From: Eledone cirrhosa
Taxonomy: Eukaryota
Reading direction: 5' to 3'
Assembly (NCBI GenBank): GCA_964016885.1
Contig: OZ024742.1
Span: 306,652,001 to 306,716,000, forward strand
DNA length: 64,000 nt
Shown: positions 53,670-64,000 of the stretch, in pieces
Numbering within the stretch: position 1 is the first letter of the stretch
Layout: every line of letters starts with the position of its first letter
Notes under the pieces: generated by a model
Seen by the model: only the letters and a program-made list of their open reading frames with translations
What the model was told of the DNA's origin: nothing
Database searches by the model: none
Program-made: the position numbers and the translations under genes

Positions 53670-53896
53670 CCTGTCTGGCCCTCTGGAGAATAGAGGAAAT
53701 GTGTTTCCTTGAAAACACGTATGACTCTAAAACCCGGTCCGTCTGTGTGGTTACATACAGACTAGCTGACACTCACTGTAAAGTGTCTAGTGAAAAACTG
53801 AGTACATGTACATATGTATACATGTGTGTATTTATATGCATACTAATACTTCCGTATACATATGTAGATGTACACTTTAACTTAATTGACTTAATT

Positions 53897-53969
<73 letters not shown>

Positions 53970-54016
53970 GTGTATATATATATATATTGTATATGTGTAT
54001 ATGTGTGTATTTTATA

Positions 54017-54062
<46 letters not shown>

Positions 54063-54896
54063 TATATATATAGATATATATATATTATATATATATATAT
54101 ATATGTAAATATATGTATTTTAAATGCATATATATGCATGTATATTTTATATGTATGTGTATTTTATATATATGTGTATTTTATATGTGTATATATATTT
54201 TATATATATATGTGTTTTATATATATATATGTATTTTATATGTATATATATATATAGGTGTGCATACATATATATATATATACACACCTGTATGGATTTG
54301 TGTGTGTAGATGTGTGTGTGTTTGAGGGGGTAGGTGTGAGTATGTATAAGTCAACCAACATAAGCCTTTTATTTCTAAATTTTCTAAACTATCTATGTAT
54401 CTGACTCTAACCATTATTATTATTTTAAGTATCACCACCCCACATTAATTCCTCAATTTGTATGTGTGGATGTGTGTGTGTGTGTGGCGGTGGGTGTGAG
54501 TGTACGTGCAAGCCAACCTACATAAGTCTTTTTATTTGTAAATTTTCTACTCTAACCATAATTTTCAGTAGCACCACTCCACATAAATTCCTCAATTTAA
54601 GAATGACCTGTAGTATCTATTTCATACTATTAACCTTAATTGAATATATATCTGAACAGGAATGATTTTTGTGAAAATCAGTCATATGGAACTATTGTCT
54701 TCTTGCCTGACGGTTTGAACATTACAACACCACCTGCCTCTTTGAAGTCAAATACCAACCCTACTAGCATCTACCAATGAGAATTAAGACTATTCCTGCT
54801 GACAACATTAAATTATTCCTAACAAGCTCATATGTCCCAAGGCTCTGATACCATCAACACTATAAACACAGAGCTGGCATATCTAAGAACTGACTA

Positions 54897-54952
54897 ACTG
54901 CCTGATGAGGTCATAGCCATTCAATGGCTATCATCGAAATATATATAGCAGT
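54897..54952 (+). ncRNA. Type I hammerhead, same family as 18019, in repeat copy about 54830-54996
   Basis: ACTGC-CTGATGA-...-GAAA-TATAT-ATA-GCAGT. Confidence 0.8.
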
Positions 54953-54994
54953 AAATAAAGGATTCTGAGTTCATGCAATTGACTTATGCTTCGT

Positions 54995-55065
<71 letters not shown>

Positions 55066-55067
55066 TT

Positions 55068-55901
55068 ATAAGAAAAATGGAGTGCTGCGTGGTGCATATG
55101 GGTTACATATGAATAAAATTAGTTCTTCATCAGTGATCTTCCAACCTTCATTGGTATTTCATCGCTTTAAAAATCATATATCTCTGATTGGTGCGAGCAA
55201 TAACTAAATAAAGTTATTGGGACAAATAAAATAGCGTGAAGCGAACGAGACATGTAAACAAACAAAGATGGTATTGCAACAGAAAGATATGAAGAGACAA
55301 GTACATGATATCTATAAGCTTAAGCTTGGTGAATTCATGGACGAGAGATACAGATCATCCGACATGGGTGAGATGTGAGCGAGAAAAGGACTTCACACAG
55401 GTCAAACGGGAGGAAGTGAGAGAGGGGAGAAGCAGAGAGTGAGTGAGTGGAAGTGTGAGGAAGAGACCAGCCGAGAGAGAGTGTGACTGGCAGAGGGGGT
55501 AAAAAAAGGTGAGAGATACAGAGAGAGGAGAAGCAGTAAGAAAGAAACAGACAATCGCAGCTGAGGAAAAAATATAAATATAAGAAAAATGGAGTGCTGC
55601 CTGGTTGCACATGGGTTACAAATGAATAAAATTAGTCCTTCATCAGTGATCTTCCAACCTTCATTGGTATTTCATCGCTTTAAAAATCATATACCTCTGG
55701 TTGGTGCGAGCAATAACTAAATAAAGTTATTGGGACAAGTAAAATAGCGTAAAGCGAGCGGGGCATGTAAACAAACAAAGATGCTATTGCAACAGAAAGA
55801 TAGGAAGAGACAAGTACATGATATCTATAAGCTTAAGCTTGATGAATTCATGGACGAGAGATAGGGACCATCCGACATGGATGAGATGTGAGCGAGAAAA
55901 G
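55068..55901. repeat. Direct repeat of about 320 bp (period 512) between TA tracts
   Basis: 55068-55390 vs 55580-55901. Confidence 0.9.
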
Positions 55902-56212
55902 ATATATATATATATATAAAGTCTAATATTATTATTATTATTATCATTATCAATTATATTATATTATATTATATTATATTATATTATATTATATATAGTA
56001 CAATAATTCCCGCTCTATATCACTACCTTTGTTTAGCTTTAGTTTTTGCATTGGACTATATTTGTAATATGGTTCAAAATGTTATTCACTTCCTTAGCAA
56101 TTTTTACTTGAGAATGCTTACCCGATAATTTTCCTATGCTTTAATGTATGTACATTCCATATTCTTCTGAGTTTTTGGCTTGTATTGGCTGATAGTGCTT
56201 CTTATAGCTTTA

Positions 56213-56257
56213 ATTGCCCTGATGAGTCCTTAATAGGACGAAACATTGTTGGCTAAT
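56213..56257 (+). ncRNA. Minimal type I hammerhead
   Basis: ATTGCC-CTGATGA-GTCC(TTAATA)GGAC-GAAA-CATT-GTT-GGCTAAT; short tail, then (TA)n. Confidence 0.8.
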
Positions 56258-56327
56258 AAAGACTTTTGATGTATTGAAGGCTTCTTTGGTTTATTTTCAT
56301 AATATATATATATATATATATATATGT

Positions 56328-56452
<125 letters not shown>

Positions 56453-56969
56453 AATGTGTATATATACATATATATATATACATACACACATATGCGTGTG
56501 TGTCTGTCTGTACATATATATTATATATACATACACATTATATATATATAATGTGTGTGCATGTGTGACTTAGGGGTTGTGGTGCTTGGCTCGTGATCAT
56601 AGTTTCGCGGATTCGATTCCAAGACACTATATTTCATGTTGATCCAAACCGTTGAACTAATAAAAAATATATTCTACCTGTAAATTCAAAGAGTCAGCCT
56701 TATTATCACATATTTTTGTCAGACTGTTTCCATTTAAGAGTACAGGTGTCTGTGGAATGCTCAAACAGTTGCATGTTAATTTCATAGCCCAGTATTCTCC
56801 TTTAATCATATCAACTGGAGCACTCGTTGTCAGAAATGATGAATCCCCGTCACACTCAAAGATTAATAAAATGTATATCACGATGGTAAACTGGTGCATT
56901 TTATATAACCATGGCTCCATATAAACTATATTTAAGTGTATTGAATGCAGCAGTGTAGATTTTGACAAG

Positions 56970-57137
56970 TAACAGATTTCCCGGCGTCGAAGACGCTACT
57001 TTTTTCCTAAAATAAGTCTCAAAAGTCTACCATGCGTCCTGGAGGCCGAAGTTTGTTTATTATTTTTGTTACACATTTTTGGTTCTCAAAATTAGGGTGC
57101 GTCCTCAAGGACGCCTTCAGCGCCTGGAAATACGGTA
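56970..57137. mobile_element. pogo/Tigger-like MITE
   Basis: TA-flanked imperfect TIRs TAACAGATTTCCCGGCG / CGCCTGGAAATACGGTA. Confidence 0.6.
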
Positions 57138-59122
57138 TATAATTCTATACTTCGCAGCATGTCGGCGTGTCTATGTTGAAGATTTACTTTGCGCGTCCTC
57201 GACAGGTATTATGTTGTTATTGAATGCCAGATCAGCAATGATCGGGCAAATCTATAAATATAGCCGTTTCAGACATGAACAACTCAACTTTCATTCAAAC
57301 AACGAGCGTACGATTATTGTATCCAATGAGGGTGTCAATTTTAAATACAGTATTTTGTGATTTGAGATAGTATTGGATGCTATTTCCTGAACGTCTATTG
57401 ATCCCACACAATTTTATTTTGACCACGATGGATGTAATCAAGGTAACAACTGTCGCTTATCATATGCATTTGCATCGTGCAACTCATCACACTGTGATAG
57501 ACATTGAATACTCGTAGTTTTGTGTGTATATTGTATATTTGTTGTGGTAGTCGAGTCTTTTTGTCATGGATTGTGTTAAGATTTTTCAGAGTGCTTTGGT
57601 ATGTTGTAATTATGATCTGTTTGTTACTGTGTGAGGTATTCTGCAGGTAATAACATGGTTTTGGTGTCGGCTACTGGAGTATCAAACTCTTTTCCCTAAC
57701 TTATCGTTCTAGTCGTTTCCCCTATGTTTGTTTCATTATGTAAGTGTTCTGTGTCTTAATCTGCATGAATCATTTAATGGTGCAATGTGTATTGTTTGAG
57801 TACATTACTTTTGAGTTGCTATGGAGGTCCTGCTGGGAAGACCAGAGCCGCAGAGGTGTTGTTTTCCCTTCTGTTCATTCTCTCAGTAGGCGAGCGTTAA
57901 ATCATATACAGATAGTGTTTGTAAGATTTTGTTATGTACCATTTGATAATATAGTATGTTTATAAATTTTTTTTCTTGTTTATTTCCGGCTCAGTCATAA
58001 TTATACAAACGTATGATCAAATGTATTCTAGCTGTGACAATCCCATATTTTATTCTGACGCAGTCTACCTAAGTCTACATTATCCAATCTTTACTTCACT
58101 TTTGTAAAACTTTGCCTGTGGATTAGTTGCAAGTTAGTGACTGCCTCTAACAGATTCTTCGGTTATAGTAAATTACCACAGTTCGCACATTTATAGTTTA
58201 TTAGTGTTATTGAGTTTGACAGCTTCTTGGTAAAAACAGAAATAGTGAATTTTGTACTTGGTTCTTTTGTCTGTTTTTATATAGTATATAACTGATTTAA
58301 GCTGTTGACTTTGACAAAGACATAAATGTCACTGCATTCCACTTTGAATGTCTCTTAAAATGTTGTTCATCGGTAGATAAAACGAAGAGCTGGCTTAAAT
58401 TAGTCCTAAATATTGGAACCCGAATGTTAGAAATCTAATACAGATTTGTGAAACAAGTAAGTGAATCACGCGGCAATTAATGTTCAAGAATAGAGTCCTG
58501 TACCGATAAAACGACACTAGCTTAGTAATTCTTTCAAAAGATACGCATCAAATGCGCTGAACCTGATTGTGCTAATGTTCTACAATGCTTTTTATCATGA
58601 AAAACGTTGTGATGAAATCCTTACCATAGTGTCATGCATTACACTAAATCCATAAATTGATTGTTTAAGATTATATGATCTACTTTGGTCGCCAAGAGAG
58701 TGTATATAGGAAAAAGTGTTATTGTTTTCTGACACAATGGAAATGCATTAGTACCTCTCTTTGACGGAGAACGGCGCTTATCCATCGACCATATATTATA
58801 GGTAACAAATAGTTATAATCCCTTTCCTGTCTTTCCCTATACATTGGAATAAATATATTTTTCCTTGTATCTTTGTCGCCGTCGTCATCTTAGTATAGAT
58901 GGTGTTTTACAGAATTGAATTTTGAGATATCACATCAAAAGTAAAGACATGGAAACACTTTAATATTTGTGTAAACAATATACAATCCCTATATATTGGA
59001 GATACAAGAACTAGTACTTTATGGTGATATAAATATGGAAAATATGATTTTCCTATCACTACAGATTAGCCTTGACAAAGCAGTCATCAACATCTCGCAA
59101 TTTTCTAACAATGACGCTTTTT

Positions 59123-59384
<262 letters not shown>

Positions 59385-59540
59385 AAAAAGTATGACCCCG
59401 ACGGTAGAGCTGAAGCCGTTTCGACGGCTTGAGCTCTACCGTCGGGGTATACTTTTTCCTATTTCCCACTCTACTACCCTAAGTATTGAGTACTCTTGTG
59501 CGTTATGGTCCATCTGGTTCCTTACCACAATTCCTTTGTT
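59385..59540 (+). mobile_element. Mini fold-back PLE terminus (related to 12080-12240)
   Basis: About 35-bp hairpin 59385-59458, then ACTC...GAGT hairpin and GTTATGGTCCA shared with about 12215. Confidence 0.65.
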
Positions 59541-59548
59541 ATATATAT

Positions 59549-59594
<46 letters not shown>

Positions 59595-59702
59595 AAGATC
59601 GGAATTAAGAGTATTCCGCAGTTCACTGTAATAATAATAATAATAATAATAATAATAGTATTAGCTCAAAGAAGAATAGAGAATTTCCTCTGAACTCAAA
59701 TG

Positions 59703-60412
59703 CAAGTATATGTTACACAAAGAGAAGTGTGTTACACAGTGAGATGTGTGTAAATAATTATTACAAGTGATTTTACCGTTACTGTATAGGGAACAATATC
59801 TACAGGTTAGCAATTAAATAGAAAGAAACCAGTTCAGAATCAAATCTCTGGACTGGAGTTTTAAATCACAAACCTTATAACTATATTTTGCTGATACGAA
59901 TCTAGCTTCGTTTCACCACTTATATGTGCAGTATCAGTTCACATGGATCCTCAGTCAGCAAAATGCGAACACTGAACACTACACATCTAACCTTATGGAT
60001 AGAGAGAATGCAAATAGGCACGCTGGCCAGAGTAGGGCGGAATCACGTGTTATTTGAATCAAATAACGGCTCTCATGGATTGGGGAAGATGCTAGCATGT
60101 CTATTTGCATTCTCTCTATCCATGAGGTTAGATGTGTAGTGTTCAGTGTTCGCATTTTGCTGACTGAGGATCCATGTGAACTGATACTGCACATATAAGT
60201 GGTGAAACGAAGCTAGATTCGTATCAGCAAAATATAGTTATAAGGTTTGTGATTTAAAACTCCAGTCCAGACATTTTATTCTGAACTGGTTTCATTCTAT
60301 TTAATTGCTAACCTGTAGATATTGTTCCCTATACAGTAACGGTAAAATCACTTGTAATAATTCTTTACACACATCTCACTGTGTGCACACTTCTCTTTGT
60401 GTAATATATACT

Positions 60413-60414
<2 letters not shown>
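59703..60414. mobile_element. Large fold-back (about 315-bp arms) with a hammerhead in each arm
   Basis: 59703-60019 is the reverse complement of about 60098-60414. Confidence 0.85.
60154..60233 (+). ncRNA. Type I hammerhead with full stem III (mirror copy 59885-59964 on minus)
   Basis: ATTTTGCTGA-CTGAGGA-TCCA...TGGT-GAAA-CGAA(GCTAGA)TTCG-TA-TCAGCAAAAT. Confidence 0.75.
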
Positions 60415-60465
<51 letters not shown>

Positions 60466-60656
60466 GATTGAGTTAGAAACTCAAAATAGTCTTTTACAAT
60501 TAAATAGCTCAAAGAGAGGAATCTTTCCGAGACGTGTAATATATATATATATATATATATTGAAATTTCCGTTGAAAGCAGAAAAGGTCATAGAAGTGAA
60601 GAGTGCTCTATGTAAGTACCAGAGCAAAATTTAAAGTATAAAATCAATACAACATA

Positions 60657-60734
60657 ATTACTTCATTACCTGAGGTTTCCCGAATGAGGCGAATACGAAA
60701 GAAACGTCTTCATTCGTTCGTCAGACGAGGCAAT
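60657..60734 (-). ncRNA. Type I hammerhead near the PLE 3' end
   Basis: ATTGCCTCGT-CTGACGA-ACGAATGA...TCATTCGG-GAAA-CCTCAGG-TA-ATGAAGTAAT. Confidence 0.7.
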
Positions 60735-62149
60735 ATAAAACATGGCTAAATACTTGGAAAGTCTCATCAAGAAAAGCAAAAAAAATTATATAAATATAGA
60801 CAAAGGAATTACAATAGCCATATGAAATATATAAAAATCTTTCAAGAAATATAGTTAGGTGTGTGTATATGTATGTATATACGCTCACAGATGTACATAT
60901 GTGTGTATGTACAAATGTGTACGTATAGTGAAAAAGTGTGCGTAAATATATGTGTTAGGGCAAGTGTATCTGTGTATCTGTAACTACAGACAGACATGAT
61001 ATGATTGTCCGTTTGGCAGGTACACAGAAAAACAATAAGAATATGAAGGCACACGTATAAACACACACACACGCACGTACACTTATATGCGGAAGAAAAA
61101 GAGGTAAGGGAGTGTAATAGTAAAAAGAAAGTATCATTCTCGATATATTTATAAAAATGGAACAATAATTTAGAAAGAAAAAATTTAAGAAAAGAAGACA
61201 AACAAGGTACACGCGTACACACACACATATATCTACAAGAAACGTATATCTATAAGAAATATATATATATACACGCAAAAACGTGCAGACAAAAGCGTAT
61301 GCAAGCATACATACGCACACAGGATGCACATATATACGTATATACGCCTCGCCCCATGTATATCTAATCACGTGCACGCACGCGACTGTATATACACTCA
61401 CACACACACACACACACACACACAAAATATACATGCCTATATACATACGCACACTTACACATCCATACATTCAGTACGTACACACACACACGCACACACA
61501 CACATACATACATACACTCACGCATATTGACCTGTTTACATGCACACACATAAAAATGAGGATGTAAAAAAAGAGAAAAAAACAAAAAAACATAGATGTA
61601 AAAACACAGTTATAAAAACACACATACATACACATATATATATATATATATACACGAACGCGCGCGTACATACGGAGGCGTTCGTGTACATATATAGAAA
61701 GTATACACACATTAAGGCGCTCAGACACATAGATACAGAGAGTAAAAAGCCTTGTGGATGAGTAAGTACAAATATAAAATTATAAGATTGGCTGCGAAAT
61801 AACAGAAAATAACAGAGTGGAAAACGCAGGTGACCTCTGTAATCAGGTAGTGAAGAAAATAGGGAAGTAAAAAGTGGAAAGTGAAGATATTAGGTAAGCG
61901 AATCGGAGATTAAAGGGGGGGGTTATTGGTGGATGTGAAGTAAAAATAAAAATAAAAATAAAAATAAAAATAAAAATAAAAATAAAAATAAAAATAAAAA
62001 TAAAAATAAAAATAAAAATAAAAATAAAAATAAAAATAAAAATAAAAATAAAAATAAAAATAAAAAAATAAAAATAAAAATGAAATTAATAAAAAGGATA
62101 AAAATGAAAGTAAATCAGAAAGGGTAGTCATAAAGAGAATAATAAGAGT

Positions 62150-63338
62150 TTATGGAGGATAAGTATCTGAAAGTGTGTTAAGTTTATATGAGCTGGAAAG
62201 CAGGTGTGATTTCATGTGTGGGCAACTGGTGAAAATTTCTGTCTTTGTGTTCAGGCAGGTCTTTGGTGATTTAAGATTTTGCAAGATCCAATATTTTTCA
62301 TTTATGCAGAGCGTGCATTTTCTTGTTCCTTTTGCATATTCTTTAGATTGGTTCAACATTGACCAATCCAATTTATATTGGATACCTTGGTCTTTCAAAT
62401 CCCATATTCTGCTAGCCAGAGCTGTTGTAAATCTTTTTTCTGGATGTCGAAAGGATGCGACATGTGAGTAATAACGCGTTTTGAATTTGTCTTGCGTCAT
62501 ACCCACATATCGTTCACTGGTTGTTGCTGATCGTTGTCACTTTAGCCGCATATACAATGGCTTTGGTGTTGCATTTACGTTGTAATGGGCATTCACTTTT
62601 GATTCTACAGGAGCAATTTTGATGTTCTCTAGGTGATTTTTTGTTCATGATATAGGATTTAATAGGGGGACCGCAGGAGTAGCTAATTTTGACACAGTTT
62701 CTATTAAAGATCTTATAGTATCTATGTGTTCTAGGGAAATGTTTATCTAGGAGCTCTAGGAATTTTTTGCCTACATTAGTTTTAACTGCTAGAGAGTAGG
62801 GGGTGTGAACCAGATTATTTTTCTTTTCCTGTTTTTATGTTTAATAGAGTTAGTATAGTTGTGTATGTATTTAATCGGTTCGCTAAAACCGCTATTTTGG
62901 AGGGCTTTATTATAGTAGGGGGATGCCTTATTAAAAATAGCTTCTGAAAAAGAGAGGGTGGAGATCCTACGGCTAATATTAGGGATAAGGTTTTTAAAAA
63001 CTATAGGAGGATGGCAAGAGCCTTTATTTATATGTTTTAAGTTTTCATTAGGTTTATGGTATGGTTTATAAGAAGCAGTAGGCAAATCTAGGTTTATATC
63101 TAGGAAATCTACATTGGAAAGGTTAGTGCCAATAGTAATTTTAAGATTTAAAACTAGCGAAGGTTTTTATTAAGTCTTTCCTTAATCTATCTAAGTTATG
63201 GCCTATGGTGGTATGGGAAAGTAATAGACCATCGTCGCGATAAAGCCCCAAAATATGGTTAGGAAATTTTTCTTTAAGTGTGTGTAGGAGGAATAGGCCG
63301 ACCAAATCACAAACATCAGCACTGTCATAAGAGCCCAT
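62150..63338 (-). pseudogene. PLE RT C-terminal half + GIY-YIG, frameshifted
   Basis: MGSYDSADVCDLVG, GLYRDDGL, PYHKPN, RKRKIIWF, CSCRIKSECPL, FKTRYYSH, CTLC, SCPH. Confidence 0.88.
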
Positions 63339-63760
63339 TAACTTAACACACTTTCAGATACTTATCCTCCTTAAACTCTTATTATTCTCTTTATGACTAC
63401 CCTTTCTGATTTACTTTCATTTTTATCCTTTTTATTAATTTCATTTTTATTTTTATTTATTTTATTTTATTTTTTTTTTTTTTACTTCACATCCACCAAT
63501 AACCCCCCCCCCCTTTATTCTCCGATTCACTTACCTAATATCTTCACTTTCCACTTTTTTCTTCACTACCTGATTACAGAGGTCACCTGCGTTTTCCACT
63601 CCAGATATTTTCTGTTATTTCGCAGCCAATCTTATAATTTTATATTTGTACTTACTTATACACAAGGCTTTTTACTCTCTGTATCTATGCGTCTGAGCAC
63701 CTTAATGTGTGTATACTTCTATATGTGTACACGAACGCCTCTGTATGTGCGCGCGCGTGC

Positions 63761-63796
<36 letters not shown>

Positions 63797-64000
63797 ATGT
63801 ATGTGGTTTTTATATCTGTGTTTTTACATCTATGTTTTTTGTTTTTTTCTCTTTTTTTACATCCTCATTTTTATGTGTGTGCATGTAAACAGGTCAATAT
63901 GCGTGACTGTATGTGTGTATGTGTGTGTGTGTATGTGTGTGTGTGTACGTACTGAATGTATGGATGTGTAAGTGTGCGTATGTATATAGGCATGTATATT

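Larger units (their letters stand above)
52575..53888 (+). repeat. Tandem 469-bp HHR-containing units (2.8 copies)
   Basis: Unit starts at 52575, 53044 and 53513; near identical. Confidence 0.97.
50055..53900 (+). mobile_element. 5'-truncated Hydra-like PLE with triplicated 3' pLTR
   Basis: RT/EN fragments followed by 469-bp tandem units ending in (TA)n. Confidence 0.85.
60560..64000 (-). mobile_element. 5'-truncated Hydra-like PLE with long 3'UTR and an inverted 3'UTR copy at its 5' end (63340-64000, runs off the window)
   Basis: 63340 onward is the reverse complement of 62183 downward; RT/EN fragments at 62150-63338. Confidence 0.88.

Noticed and set aside
52575-53888. Tandem snRNA genes suggested by the octamer motif
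   Set aside because: No recognisable snRNA body or Sm site; the unit is explained as an HHR-bearing pLTR
56570-56630. tRNA-like sequence with a B-box (GATTCGATTCC)
   Set aside because: No cloverleaf; probably a decayed SINE head

Overview
AT-rich, microsatellite-dense eukaryotic DNA; the SINE repertoire resembles that of octopods (inference). No host protein-coding exon could be supported. The window holds three classes of sequence. (1) Five Penelope-like retroelement (PLE) bodies encoding RT plus a C-terminal GIY-YIG endonuclease: three with YRDD-type RT and a CxCx5C linker (Hydra-like) and two copies of a CX4CX2C-linker family (Neptune-like). Around them are many short non-coding fold-back PLE termini inserted into (TA)n. 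By eye these carry about 20 type I hammerhead ribozyme (HHR) motifs from about 12 unrelated families, including U3-A8 core variants, mismatched 10.1-11.1 positions, very long stem II inserts, and a 3 x 469-bp retrozyme-like tandem. (2) A 15.3-kb satellite of about 50-bp units (24919-40179). Its consensus carries a miR-8/miR-200-family 8mer site plus 3' supplementary complementarity, so it is a candidate natural miRNA sponge if transcribed. (3) tRNA-derived SINEs, MITEs and simple repeats. All structures were folded by eye; none were computed or searched.
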